Below, in pieces: positions 31,312-41,176 of a stretch of DNA of 64,000 nt (the stretch's first letter is position 1; every line of letters starts with the position of its first letter). The notes under the pieces were generated by a model, which searched no databases, was not told the origin of the DNA, and saw only the letters and a list, made by a program, of their open reading frames with translations. A program made the position numbers and the translations under genes. Origin of the DNA: a virus; the IMG/VR virus record IMGVR_UViG_3300025131_011243, positions 58,592 through 122,591 of that record; one strand, given 5' to 3'.

Positions 31312-31923
31312 TTATCCAGCCGCCAACGCAAGCTGCATACCTCGCATCAACTTAACGTCGCTGTCTCTCAAGAATTTCATCCACTCGTCAGGCATACTTC
31401 TCAACCTTCGAGCAAACAAAGGACTCCAAGAAGGCTTGAAAGGCTTACGAATAAGCTTCAATCCCATCTCTTCGGGAGTTTTATCTCCCTTTGCGTGGTT
31501 TAGACGTTTACTGGTCCAAACAACGTTCTGCCAGTCGTTTCCTCCGCCCCTGGACGTTGGGACGACATGGTCAACAGAACCATCTCTAATAGGAAAGATG
31601 TCTCCCGTATACTGGCATACACGGTCTCGCAAGTAGACGTTCCTCTTCGAGTACTGAATCTCGTAGATAGGAATGTCTCGGTAATTGATAGCCATGGCCA
31701 CCTTAGGAGCCCTGGCCTTCCTGTCTCTGGTCAGACGAATGAAGGTTTTATCTCCGACCGGAAGAGTTTCCCATGTCTCCCAATCGTAGGTAGTGTAATT
31801 ATCCTCATCAACGAATTGCATAGTGCCGATGAAAACTTTGGTAATTACGTCTTCAACGTTCATGACAGTTACAGGTGTGAAGTTTCTGTTCAGAATCAAT
31901 ACCGGATCTTGCAATACAGACAT
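31312..31923 (-). CDS. HNH endonuclease (McrA-like)
   Basis: VLILNRN, NVYLRD..CQY, SVDHVVPTSRGG..W.NVV, N..KGDKTP. Confidence 0.9.
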   Translation of the reverse strand: MSVLQDPVLILNRNFTPVTVMNVEDVITKVFIGTMQFVDEDNYTTYDWETWETLPVGDKTFIRLTRDRKARAPKVAMAINYRDIPIYEIQYSKRNVYLRDRVCQYTGDIFPIRDGSVDHVVPTSRGGGNDWQNVVWTSKRLNHAKGDKTPEEMGLKLIRKPFKPSWSPLFARRLRSMPDEWMKFLRDSDVKLMRGMQLALAAG

Positions 31924-31951
31924 TTTACTACTCCATTTCTCAAGGTTCCCC

Positions 31952-32467
31952 TTACAAATATTTGTTCCATTCGCTAATCATCCTTGGATTGATGTCAACG
32001 AACCTGATGTCAATTAGATGGGTGTAGTTTTTAGCTATCCCCATCATTATCCTTGCTACCGAACTTGCCTCTAATCCTCCGATGCCAGTCCCCAACCCAG
32101 GAAAAGCAATACTTTCCATCTCATCTTTAATCGCTTGGTTCAACACTTTTCGCATTGCCTTGTCTACAATATCAAGACTGGTAAAGCCTCCGGGGTATTT
32201 CATCGTTACCGCATGGTACACCCTTTTTACCCCTCGTCTTTTTAGCCGATGAGGTTCAGTCGAGTAACAGTCTCCTGGTTCGAACGGCTTACCATGAACA
32301 TCTACCTTGCCTTTTGCTTCTCTGCGAAAATTCTGCCCTCCTGCTTCGGCTATCGCTCCTGCCGCACCGGCTCCCATTATACCAACCCCATTCGCTGGAC
32401 TGACTAAAGCGTCGGTCTTGGGTTTGGTAATATTTGCTTTATCGCCTTCAACGATTTTAATCGCCAT
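31952..32467 (-). CDS. macro domain (ADP-ribose-binding/hydrolase) protein
   Basis: IVEGD...DALVSPAN..GIMGAGAAGAI, YHAV, SIAFPGLGTGIGG. Confidence 0.9.
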   Translation of the reverse strand: MAIKIVEGDKANITKPKTDALVSPANGVGIMGAGAAGAIAEAGGQNFRREAKGKVDVHGKPFEPGDCYSTEPHRLKRRGVKRVYHAVTMKYPGGFTSLDIVDKAMRKVLNQAIKDEMESIAFPGLGTGIGGLEASSVARIMMGIAKNYTHLIDIRFVDINPRMISEWNKYL

Positions 32468-32510
32468 GCCGGTCTCCCAATTGTTTATAGGATATCGAGA
32501 GAAAAGGCAC

Positions 32511-33356
32511 TTAATACGGCTGTTCTGCGCCTGTCTGGTCTTCAAAGATGCGCATAACATCCGTCCCGAAATAATCGGGGTTGCGCTCTATCTTATTTCG
32601 CAACCTTGAAAGGATATCTTTGTGCATCTGACTAACCCTCGACTCTGAGAGATTTACCTTATCAGCTACCTGACCCATTGTCAGGGATTCATAATAGTAA
32701 TAGTAAACGATTTTTTGTTCAACCCTAGAAAAGCTTTTTCCCATTAATTTTGAGAAAAATTCTCGCCTCATCAGACCATTTCCGGGCATTTCCGTATGAG
32801 TGTCCTTGAGCATATCGTTGTAATCCGAATGTCCCTCCCCCATACCCTCGCTCCCAGCTTCCTGAGAATGATTGTTGGAATGATCAAGACTAGCGACATA
32901 AACAGAAGAAAACTTCTTCAAACTATGATTGAGATTCTTATCCTCGATCCCCATCTTTCTAAGAACTTCGATGTCGGATACAAACTCTCCACTTTCCGTT
33001 TGCATATGCTGCTTGGTTCTTTCGAACACGGATATATTCATTCTAACCGTACGAGGAACGATATCCTCCCGCCTCAATCCATCGATCATGGCACCTTTGA
33101 TTCTAGGACGGGCATAGATTTCGAACTTGACGTTGCGATCAGGGTCGTAGCCATCGATGGCATTGTATAGACCGTCTACTCCGAATGAAGCCAGTTCAGT
33201 AGGATGGACTTTCCATCTCATTTTGGCCGCAAGTTTACCAGCTATCTTCTGGACATAGTTAAAGTAAAAGTCAACCAATTGCTGTTTGACTTTATCGTTC
33301 CTGGTCTCAAAATGCTGATCCCATAGCTGTTCAATTGAAACTTCAGTTTTCACCAT
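32511..33356 (-). CDS. FliA/WhiG-family RNA polymerase sigma factor
   Basis: YDPDRNVKFEIYARPRIKGAMIDGLR and LTMGQVA..NLSESRVSQMH. Confidence 0.9.
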   Translation of the reverse strand: MVKTEVSIEQLWDQHFETRNDKVKQQLVDFYFNYVQKIAGKLAAKMRWKVHPTELASFGVDGLYNAIDGYDPDRNVKFEIYARPRIKGAMIDGLRREDIVPRTVRMNISVFERTKQHMQTESGEFVSDIEVLRKMGIEDKNLNHSLKKFSSVYVASLDHSNNHSQEAGSEGMGEGHSDYNDMLKDTHTEMPGNGLMRREFFSKLMGKSFSRVEQKIVYYYYYESLTMGQVADKVNLSESRVSQMHKDILSRLRNKIERNPDYFGTDVMRIFEDQTGAEQPY

Positions 33357-33452
33357 TGTCTCTCCCTTCCATCCACACACACTAGCACCGATATAAACAC
33401 TATCGGTTTTATGGGCGAAATATGTCAAGGTTTTTAGTTGAAAAAAAATAGC

Positions 33453-33481
33453 TTGGCATCCTCTCCCATTTCTGGTATACT
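33453..33481 (+). promoter_or_regulatory. sigma70-type promoter of pncB-nadE
   Basis: TTGGCA-N17-TATACT with extended -10 TG. Confidence 0.65.
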
Positions 33482-33573
33482 CCCGTTGGATACATGGAGT
33501 TCGCCAGCCATTAATTTAGTCCCAAATGGCAGGATTCCTTTGATAAACTTAGGTTTTTTCAGGAGTTGCGACT

Positions 33574-34776
33574 ATGGCGATCATCCAGAGCATCATTGAT
33601 GACGACCTGTATAAACTGTCGATGCAGGCGGCTATCATGGCCCTTTACCCCAGAAACAAGGTTCGGTACAGGCTGTTCCTTAGAGACGACGTAGAATTCC
33701 CGGATGGGTTCGCAGCAGCACTCAGAGAAGAAGTCAACGCCATTGCGAAACTCGCATTGACTGATGATGAGAAACATTTCCTTTCTTTGTCATGTCCGTA
33801 TTTTCCGCCGCCGTACCTTGACTTCCTTCATGGGTACAGGCACGATCCCAACGAAGTCAAGATTTCCCAGAGCGATGGAAAACTCTCGGTAGAAATCGAA
33901 GGCTACTGGTATCGAACGGTTCTTTGGGAAGTTAAGCTCATGGCTTTGATCAGCGAGTTGTATTTTGATCTCATTGGCGGCGACATCAAAATGACAAGGA
34001 ATTGCATTGACGGACCCGGCTTCTGGAAAGAACGTGCCGAAGACAAAGGTACGATCATTTACGACAACCAACTTCGTACCGCCGAGTTCGGTTCCCGCCG
34101 ACGACGCTCATTCCGATGCCAAGACATTGTTGTCGAGAATCTCAAAAAGATGTCTGGAGAATACTTGATCGGGACATCCAATGTTTATCTCGCAATGAAG
34201 CATGGGTTGAAAGCCATTGGAACGCAGGCTCATGAATGGTACATGTTCCATGCCGCTAAGTACGGCGTCCTCATGGCTAACTCAATGGGCATGGGGAAAT
34301 GGGTAGACTTCTACCACGGAAGCTTGGGCATCGCTCTGCCCGATACATTCACGACTCAAGAATTCTTGCGAGTCTTTGATGGGTTCTACGCCAAGCTGTT
34401 CGATGGGACTCGACAGGATTCCGGAGATCCATATGGATACGGCGAGACTATGGTGAAACACTACGAAGGTTTGGGTATCGATCCCATTACCAAATCTGTC
34501 GTTTTCAGCGATGGCCTGACCCTTACTGAAGCGATTCAGATCAAAAACGTTTTCCACGATCAGGTCAAAGATTCCTACGGTATCGGAACCCATTTTTCCA
34601 ATGACGTTGGCGTCGTTCCTTTGAACATGGTGATCAAAATGGTTGGCATACATACCAATGGAGTCTGGGTTCCGACTTGCAAACTCAGCGATACCCCAGG
34701 CAAGCATACTGGTGACGAAGACACGATCAAACTCTACAAAGAAGAGATCCGGAGGATGAATGGTGTCGCCACATGA
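33574..34776 (+). CDS. pncB: nicotinate phosphoribosyltransferase
   Basis: DDLYKLSM, EFGSRRR, GTSNV, GTQAHEW, RQDSGDP, FSDGL, GIGT, KLSD. Confidence 0.95.
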   Translation: MAIIQSIIDDDLYKLSMQAAIMALYPRNKVRYRLFLRDDVEFPDGFAAALREEVNAIAKLALTDDEKHFLSLSCPYFPPPYLDFLHGYRHDPNEVKISQSDGKLSVEIEGYWYRTVLWEVKLMALISELYFDLIGGDIKMTRNCIDGPGFWKERAEDKGTIIYDNQLRTAEFGSRRRRSFRCQDIVVENLKKMSGEYLIGTSNVYLAMKHGLKAIGTQAHEWYMFHAAKYGVLMANSMGMGKWVDFYHGSLGIALPDTFTTQEFLRVFDGFYAKLFDGTRQDSGDPYGYGETMVKHYEGLGIDPITKSVVFSDGLTLTEAIQIKNVFHDQVKDSYGIGTHFSNDVGVVPLNMVIKMVGIHTNGVWVPTCKLSDTPGKHTGDEDTIKLYKEEIRRMNGVAT

Positions 34777-36821
34777 AAATTGCCCTCATTCAGCTTGATG
34801 TCAAAGCTGGAGATCCTGCTCGCAACGTAAAGCGGATGATCAAGTATATCGATAAAGCCAAAGCAGGCGGCGTCGATATAGTTGCCTTCCCTGAACTTTG
34901 CATAGGCGGATATCTCGTAGGCGATATGTTCAAACACCCATCGTTCTGCCAAGACTTAATGAGCTACAACGAAGATATCCTCAAGGCATCCGAAGGTATC
35001 GGAGTCATTTGGGGAAACGTCTACATGGACGAAACCAAACGGGGAGAAGACGGCCAACCCATGCTTTTCAATGCCGCCTTCTTCGCCATGGATGGCAAGT
35101 ACGTTCCGATGGTTGGCGGATGCGACTTCCTTCCCGGCATCATGTACATCAAGACGCTTCTTCCTAATTATCGGTTCTTCGATGACAAGCGGTACTTCAC
35201 CAGTTCACTGACATACGCAAGACATGTAGGATGTAAACTTCCTTCGCTGATTAAACCTTTCTTGTTTGAAGCTCCATCTCAAAAGGGATTGGGACTCAAG
35301 CCATATCGAATCGGCTTACAGTTGTGCGAAGACCTTTGGTGCGCCGACTATCAAGAAAGAAGAGAGTCCATCAACCCTGCTGGCATATTAACCAAACAAG
35401 GCGTTGACCTTATCATCAATCTATCTGCCTCTCCTTGGACCATGGGCAAGAATGAAGCCAGGGATCGGCGGATCGCATTCATTGCTAAGGAATGCGGCGA
35501 TGAATTTGTACCCTACTACTATGTTAACGCAACTGGCGCACAGAACAACGGCAAGAACATCGTGACATTTGACGGAGGATCAACCGTCTATGGAAAAGAT
35601 GGAAAGCCACGATGCCTCGCATCTGCTAACTTTGAAGAGAGTGACCACACCTATGTTCATGGATGTTTGATCGAGAACTCAAAAAGACTCGACATCATCA
35701 ATACGCTTCCCGCTGTTCCAAGGGACAGCGACGAAACTTCGATTGAACAAAAGAAAAACGCTATCGTTCGAGGACTTCGTCACGTTCGCCATATGATGAG
35801 GTCCCCAAGCAATCCCAATGCGGTCCTCGGTATCAGCGGAGGTATCGACTCTGCCCTTGTTGCCTGCTTGCTTGTTGAAGCTTTTGGCAAAGATAAAGTC
35901 ATCGGCGTTAATATGCCGACTGTCAATAGTTCTGAAGAAACCAAAAACGTATTCAATACGTTGGTTGATAATCTGGGCATAGAACATGCGATCATTCCTA
36001 TTAACGAAGTTGTCAAACATGTAAATCTCGCCCTGCGCATTACAGTGAATTCCAGGATTACTCGTCATCAAAAAGATGGAGAGATCATTCCTCCCATTGT
36101 TCAAGAAAACATCCAAGCCAAGATCCGTTCGACAGACATCCTTTCTAATCTCACCCAATCGATTGGAGAGGACAGAAAACAACCCACGATCTTCACCTGT
36201 AACGGCAACAAGGTTGAGATCGCTTTGGGTTACGCTACTCTGTACGGAGACTGGGGTGGAGCGGTGGCCCCTATCGGAGATCTGACCAAAGCTGAAGTCT
36301 ACCAAATGGCTCGTCTGTATCAAGCTATACCTCATCAACTTCTTCCGGATGATATTTACAAATTCGGCAAGGGAAAGATTCAACCCAGCGCAGAATTACA
36401 ACCCCTGGCAAACAAACAAGTTGATCCCATTAAAGTAGGCTATCATTGTGCTATCATCAGAGAATTGACCAACTATACGATCTCAACGCCTGAGAATCTG
36501 GTTGAATGGTGGCTGGACGGAACGTTGCATGAAAAGCTGGATATCCCCATCGAGTTGATGAGGCTCCACATGGTTGATGATCCAGTCGTCTTTATTGAAG
36601 ATCTACAATGGTTAATGAAAAGAATCAATGGAGCGGTATACAAGAGAGTTCAAAGCCCTCCGATTATCATTACAAGCAAGACGGCTTATGGATATGATCG
36701 CCGGGAATCTATTCCTCTGGGAGTCCCGGTGACTCGCCGTTTTAAACAAGATCTGGTCCCAACTCTGATGGACTGGCCTCGCCGTTATCAGGAAGGTAAA
36801 GCTGAGGATCAGAATCAATAG
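34773..36821 (+). CDS. nadE: glutamine-dependent NAD+ synthetase
   Basis: nitrilase domain (FPEL, KTLLPNY..FDD.RYF, CEDLW) plus synthetase domain SGGIDS, ENIQA, GYATLYGD, PSAEL. Confidence 0.95.
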   Translation: MKIALIQLDVKAGDPARNVKRMIKYIDKAKAGGVDIVAFPELCIGGYLVGDMFKHPSFCQDLMSYNEDILKASEGIGVIWGNVYMDETKRGEDGQPMLFNAAFFAMDGKYVPMVGGCDFLPGIMYIKTLLPNYRFFDDKRYFTSSLTYARHVGCKLPSLIKPFLFEAPSQKGLGLKPYRIGLQLCEDLWCADYQERRESINPAGILTKQGVDLIINLSASPWTMGKNEARDRRIAFIAKECGDEFVPYYYVNATGAQNNGKNIVTFDGGSTVYGKDGKPRCLASANFEESDHTYVHGCLIENSKRLDIINTLPAVPRDSDETSIEQKKNAIVRGLRHVRHMMRSPSNPNAVLGISGGIDSALVACLLVEAFGKDKVIGVNMPTVNSSEETKNVFNTLVDNLGIEHAIIPINEVVKHVNLALRITVNSRITRHQKDGEIIPPIVQENIQAKIRSTDILSNLTQSIGEDRKQPTIFTCNGNKVEIALGYATLYGDWGGAVAPIGDLTKAEVYQMARLYQAIPHQLLPDDIYKFGKGKIQPSAELQPLANKQVDPIKVGYHCAIIRELTNYTISTPENLVEWWLDGTLHEKLDIPIELMRLHMVDDPVVFIEDLQWLMKRINGAVYKRVQSPPIIITSKTAYGYDRRESIPLGVPVTRRFKQDLVPTLMDWPRRYQEGKAEDQNQ

Positions 36822-37125
36822 CGTTGAGAAACTCAACTATTGTCCAAGTGACTCCTAAAACAGCAAATCCGGATATGGGCCACAAGAAATAGAAGCCCGA
36901 ACAGGCATATAGGATAGAATCGACTATCAGAGCCGCCCAGAATGAGGAACAGACCGTACAATCCAGCATTCTGGGCAATTTCCAATGAAGCTTATGAAGG
37001 GCTATTTTAAGCCTTAGTTTTATAGGTCGAATAGGCCATTCAGAGCCCTTCTCAGCGATTGCTATAGCTAACCCATAAGATGCCATCATGGATATGATGA
37101 AATAGATTAGGAGCGATCCTAGCAT
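36742..37125 (-). CDS. small membrane protein (DUF1360-like)
   Basis: hydrophobic helices, LDCTVCSSFW. Confidence 0.6.
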   Translation of the reverse strand: MLGSLLIYFIISMMASYGLAIAIAEKGSEWPIRPIKLRLKIALHKLHWKLPRMLDCTVCSSFWAALIVDSILYACSGFYFLWPISGFAVLGVTWTIVEFLNAIDSDPQLYLPDNGEASPSELGPDLV

Positions 37126-37127
37126 GG

Positions 37128-37439
37128 TTACAGCCCCTTCTCCTTAAGCCTCTTCTGTACAACCTCCCATTTAGAGGGCTTTTTCTTATCTTCTTTCCTC
37201 TGAGACGACAATTTCTGGTATCGATGCATGGCGAGCATCAATCTAGTAGCGTCTTCTCCTGTCCCGCCATTTTCAAAAGGAAATAACTCAAACCACCCCC
37301 AAGATTCCAAAAACTTGTACAACTCAAGTTCGTCTTTATCCAACCTATGAGCGGGAGAAGAAGCCGCCAGGCACATGCGATGGTACACGCCTTCTGCCCA
37401 GTCTTTGACGATGTTTTTTAGTTTATCTTTCTTTGCCAT
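37128..37439 (-). CDS. hypothetical protein
   Basis: 103-aa ORF. Confidence 0.6.
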   Translation of the reverse strand: MAKKDKLKNIVKDWAEGVYHRMCLAASSPAHRLDKDELELYKFLESWGWFELFPFENGGTGEDATRLMLAMHRYQKLSSQRKEDKKKPSKWEVVQKRLKEKGL

Positions 37440-37514
37440 GTCTACACCTAACTTTATCGGAGTTCAAGCGTCAAAAACTAAAGGATAAAAACGTTCACAA
37501 TCGAAAGTACAGGT

Positions 37515-38219
37515 ATGAATTGGTATAAACAGGCTAGTTTCGACGAATTCGTGCAAGCTCTTAAATTCTTAGGGATTGCGGTTCCTGCAACGCTTTTAAT
37601 GGTTGTTCTTACCCAAAGTTTTGGAGGCAAAGAAGAAGCTATACAAGCTATCCAAAAAGATCCACAAGCCGCTGCCCAAGTAGTCCAACAAGAAATGCAA
37701 CAAAATCCCCCCACCCAAATCGAACAAAAACTGATTCAGCCTGAACCTAAGCCACAGCCAGAACCTAAAAAAAAGATCTCTGAAGATGAGAACTTTGTAG
37801 CCAGAGTAATCTTTTCTGAAGCTGCCGGAACTAGCAAAAAAGAAAGAGAACTAGTTGCCGCCAGTATGATCAACAGAATGAACCACCCAGGATTCGGTAG
37901 AGGAAAACTCTCTTCCATGAGAGATGTAGCTGAACAACCCAAAGCTTACTCAGCCATTAATGGCAACAAGCTGTGGTATAGATCTGAACATCCAGAACAA
38001 TTCGAGTATCAACCAGAAATTGATGCTTGGGAACACTCTTTACAACTCGCTACCGGAGGAGCTAGACCTTTGAATGGTCCTTCTGGTAATCCCATTGTAT
38101 ATTACCATGACGAAAGAGTCGATAAGCCTAGTAGTTGGGACAACAGTTGGTGGAATGCGAACTTGGAAATAGAAACGGATCAGTTCAAATTCTACAGTGT
38201 AACTCCTAATAGGAATTGA
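37515..38219 (+). CDS. SleB/Hydrolase_2 cell-wall hydrolase
   Basis: VARVIFSEA.G, VA...INR, V..QP.AYS, VYYH; N-terminal hydrophobic anchor. Confidence 0.8.
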   Translation: MNWYKQASFDEFVQALKFLGIAVPATLLMVVLTQSFGGKEEAIQAIQKDPQAAAQVVQQEMQQNPPTQIEQKLIQPEPKPQPEPKKKISEDENFVARVIFSEAAGTSKKERELVAASMINRMNHPGFGRGKLSSMRDVAEQPKAYSAINGNKLWYRSEHPEQFEYQPEIDAWEHSLQLATGGARPLNGPSGNPIVYYHDERVDKPSSWDNSWWNANLEIETDQFKFYSVTPNRN

Positions 38220-38226
38220 ATTCAAC

Positions 38227-38478
38227 ATGCCATGTGGATGTCGTCGCAAAAGCATAAAACAAAAAAACAAAACCATCAAAGCCAAAAAGCAAGAGGTGGA
38301 GTTTGAGACCCTGAAGCAACGCTTCAACGCCTGCAATGCTTGCAAATATGCGACAGACAAACATTACAAAGTAAAGACACTAACCAGGCGAAGCAAATGT
38401 AGAAAAACAGGTGAATTGATTTCCGTCAAAGCCAAAAAGAGGAAGCAGTCCTGTCCAATAAACAAGTGGCCTAAGTAA
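38227..38478 (+). CDS. small Cys-rich basic protein
   Basis: MPCGC...CNAC...C...SCPINKW. Confidence 0.6.
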   Translation: MPCGCRRKSIKQKNKTIKAKKQEVEFETLKQRFNACNACKYATDKHYKVKTLTRRSKCRKTGELISVKAKKRKQSCPINKWPK

Positions 38479-38538
38479 CTCGTTGCCAAATAGATTTCTT
38501 TTCAGACGTCGAGGTATGGCTCTGGGGACGGCGTGAAC

Positions 38539-39174
38539 TTAACTGTTTCTTTTTTGACCATTCTCCCCACTTTGTTCATTTCTACTCTCCAAATCGAGAT
38601 GAGGCTCTCTTGCGATTATGTTTCCGACATCCACAATAGCCCCCAAAGATGTTGTTATTGTTCCGTTCTTATCACATTTTTCGTATTTTGCGTTCAGAAC
38701 CTTTCCAGAACAATCGATAATAGGGGACCAATCCCCATCAACCTTTAGCATGTAGTCCGCAAGTCTTTTTACTTCTACATCAACAGAGTATTTTATTCTT
38801 TTGGCCTTATCGAAGACTCTAATAGCCACTCCGGTCTTTATCTTGACATTAGCTTCTCTGATCTTTGCTAATACGTCGTATAGATTCTTGACCCCAAACG
38901 CCTCTATGCCATCTTTTGCCAAAAATGCAAAACCTATATCATCTCCAGGCACCAAGTACTCCATAGACGACAAGGCACTTTCAGGTTTTCCAAAGCTGTC
39001 GTTGTCCCAGTATTTTACATTTTCTACTACATGTTTTATAAAAGATATGCTGGTGAGATCAAGGCAGATACTTTCCTTGTATCCTATGCGGATCATGTGG
39101 CTTTCCATTTTCGCCACACCATGATGATGAGAAGTTTTTGGAGGATTAGATGGATCAAAAACGTATAATGCCAT
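38539..39174 (-). CDS. hypothetical protein
   Basis: 211-aa ORF in operon. Confidence 0.65.
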   Translation of the reverse strand: MALYVFDPSNPPKTSHHHGVAKMESHMIRIGYKESICLDLTSISFIKHVVENVKYWDNDSFGKPESALSSMEYLVPGDDIGFAFLAKDGIEAFGVKNLYDVLAKIREANVKIKTGVAIRVFDKAKRIKYSVDVEVKRLADYMLKVDGDWSPIIDCSGKVLNAKYEKCDKNGTITTSLGAIVDVGNIIAREPHLDLESRNEQSGENGQKRNS

Positions 39175-39176
39175 AT

Positions 39177-39596
39177 TTACAGATCCAAGAAATTGAATCG
39201 GCTCATTTCTTCTGGTTCCTCTTCCTTTTCAGGAAGAGATTTGTTAGAGCCTTTTTTGCGAGGTGATTTTTTACGAGGCGTTTTAGCTCCAGCCTTTCCG
39301 GCTGCCTTCTTTTTCTTTTTCGTTATCTTTTTCACGCTCTGATCTTTAGCTTCCGAATAGATAAGTCCAACGAGAGACCCAACCGTCGTCGAGTTCGCCC
39401 CGCAAAACATAAGTATGTCGTTATCGCTCTCTTCCAGAGTAACGCCTATCTGATCTTCTAGTTTCATAATTAATTCAAGCACGTTTACGTCGTCAATCAA
39501 CTCTGCAACCTTCATATCAACGTCTGGCATGATACCAGAATAGTCTCGTATACAAAGCTTGATGATTTGCTCGATTTGCCTATAGAGTGGATTCAT
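39177..39596 (-). CDS. acyl-carrier-protein-like domain with Lys-rich tail
   Basis: DDVNVLELIMKLEDQIGV..TVGSLV resembles ACP helix 2-4; canonical DS serine absent. Confidence 0.55.
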   Translation of the reverse strand: MNPLYRQIEQIIKLCIRDYSGIMPDVDMKVAELIDDVNVLELIMKLEDQIGVTLEESDNDILMFCGANSTTVGSLVGLIYSEAKDQSVKKITKKKKKAAGKAGAKTPRKKSPRKKGSNKSLPEKEEEPEEMSRFNFLDL

Positions 39597-39946
39597 TATT
39601 CCTCACCTATCTCGTTCCCGTCTTCCAGCACAACGATTGTAGGATCTGTATTTCCTGCTTCTTTCCATGGAACCAAAGCGAATGCCATGATGATAACATG
39701 CTGACCGATCTCAACCTTTTGAGCGGCAGCACCATTGATGAAGATTGCGGTTTGGTCGCCCTCCGGTATGACGTAAGTTTCAAACCTTTCACCGGTTTCT
39801 ATGACTGCTACAAGAACTTTTTGATATGGTAGAATGTGGGAAGCATCCAGTATGGCTTGTCCTATACCTATGCTTCCTTCATAGTACGGAAATATTCCGG
39901 AGACCTCTGCTCCATGAATTTTGCTCTTGAGCATCTCTACTTGCAT
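39596..39946 (-). CDS. panD: aspartate 1-decarboxylase
   Basis: MLKSKIH, YEGSI autocleavage site, GERFETYVI, INGAAA. Confidence 0.95.
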   Translation of the reverse strand: MQVEMLKSKIHGAEVSGIFPYYEGSIGIGQAILDASHILPYQKVLVAVIETGERFETYVIPEGDQTAIFINGAAAQKVEIGQHVIIMAFALVPWKEAGNTDPTIVVLEDGNEIGEE

Positions 39947-40164
39947 GGCTATATCCTTACGGCTTGCCAGCTTCTTCGTCTATATTTGACACTTTTCTGC
40001 TACGACATCCTGTTCTTCTTCAGACATGTCGCCCCAACAATCGTCCATGCGATCTCTTATTTCATCGCCAGAGGGATCGTCGTCCGATTTGTTGTCCAAC
40101 AACTTGAAAAGTCGTATGTATTCTTTTTGATTATCATTCATCATAAATTCCCTTAGTTTTAAAG

Positions 40165-40255
40165 CGGAGACGCTGGGATTCGAACCCAGGAAGGAGCAAT
40201 TCAGCCCCTTAATTGATTAGCAGTCAATCGCCTTCAACCACTCGGCCACATCTCC
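40165..40255 (-). tRNA. tRNA-Ser(GCT)
   Basis: cloverleaf, ATTGA-CTGCTAA-TCAAT, long variable arm, G73, no CCA. Confidence 0.93.
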
Positions 40256-40304
40256 TAATTTACCTATCGTCATGAAATGAATTTTACCAGACATGTAAAC
40301 ACAA

Positions 40305-40395
40305 AGGAAGGTAAGGGAATCGAACCCTCGGACCCCATTTCTAGGACCACTGGTTTTCCAAACCAGCACGACTAACCAACATCCGTCTACCTTCC
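40305..40395 (-). tRNA. tRNA-Ser(GGA), non-canonical (U73)
   Basis: CTGGT-TTGGAAA-ACCAG, T-arm GTTCGATT, long variable arm. Confidence 0.8.
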
Positions 40396-40403
40396 AAGTA
40401 GAA

Positions 40404-40497
40404 AGGAAGGTAAGGGGATCGAACCCTTGTAACCCCTTGTTCAGGGGTTAACTGGTTTTCGAAACCAGCGCAACAAACCAACATTTGCCTACCTTCC
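40404..40497 (-). tRNA. tRNA-Ser(CGA), non-canonical (U73)
   Basis: CTGGT-TTCGAAA-ACCAG; paralog of the preceding tRNA. Confidence 0.8.
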
Positions 40498-40514
40498 AAG
40501 TTTTTCCAAACAAG

Positions 40515-40572
40515 AGGAGAGTATGGGATTCGTTACGGTTGCTTCGTTTTCCGAAGCTGTTCATAACTCTCC
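40515..40572 (-). pseudogene. tRNA-derived mini-hairpin
   Basis: acceptor GGAGAGU/ACUCUCC and 3' half of the T-arm retained; D and anticodon arms replaced by a hairpin. Confidence 0.5.
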
Positions 40573-40576
40573 TAAG

Positions 40577-40663
40577 CGGAAGGGACAGGAATCGAACCTG
40601 CATCACGCTTCTAACGTGAAACCGTTTTCAAGACGGCTTAGCCCGCCAATAGCAAGCCCTTCC
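40577..40663 (-). tRNA. tRNA-Ser(TGA), atypical D-arm
   Basis: GCCGT-CTTGAAA-ACGGT, long variable arm, G73. Confidence 0.8.
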
Positions 40664-40748
40664 TAAATATCTGTCGGGAATCCACGCTACTTGAGACCAT
40701 CTGCCCTTTTTTCAAAAAGCATTGTTTGTAGTAAATTTCCTTGGCCAC

Positions 40749-41075
40749 CTACTGCCCCCATCTCATTGCCAACATTCCTGCTACTACCAAACCCAAACCT
40801 GTCCATTGCCATCCGCTGAACTTGTCTCCCGCTCCCAAATAAAGCATAGTCAACGGAAAGACAAGAAAGATTATACTATCAAAAAGAAGCCCGTCAAACA
40901 ACTGCCTCTTTGAAATAATAGATATCAACACCCACCATTGACCTAAGGCTCCCCAAAGGAAAGCCGTCCATGCCCAGAGATGTCCGCCGTCCTGATTCAG
41001 CCTAAAGGTGAAGTAGTAGTAGACGGAATACCAAACAGCTATGCATGGGACCCACCATAAATAATGATACCACAT
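40749..41075 (-). CDS. small multi-pass membrane protein (SMR/DMT-like)
   Basis: four hydrophobic helices, QWTGLGLVVAG. Confidence 0.6.
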   Translation of the reverse strand: MWYHYLWWVPCIAVWYSVYYYFTFRLNQDGGHLWAWTAFLWGALGQWWVLISIISKRQLFDGLLFDSIIFLVFPLTMLYLGAGDKFSGWQWTGLGLVVAGMLAMRWGQ

Positions 41076-41111
41076 TTTGTTTCATCTCCGCCTCCTGTCG
41101 CTGCTTCAAAA

Positions 41112-41165
41112 AGGAAGGTAAGGGAATCAAACCCTTGGACCCCATTTCTAGGACCATTCGCTTCC
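41112..41165 (-). pseudogene. internally deleted copy of tRNA-Ser(GGA)
   Basis: 41110-41156 matches 40303-40349 with 2 mismatches; 5' GGAAG retained. Confidence 0.7.
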
Positions 41166-41176
41166 TGTTATTTAAG

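Noticed and set aside
41110-41156. attL/attR of an element integrated at tRNA-Ser
   Set aside because: Copy lies upstream of the intact tRNA, retains a 5' acceptor strand, and no integrase is nearby
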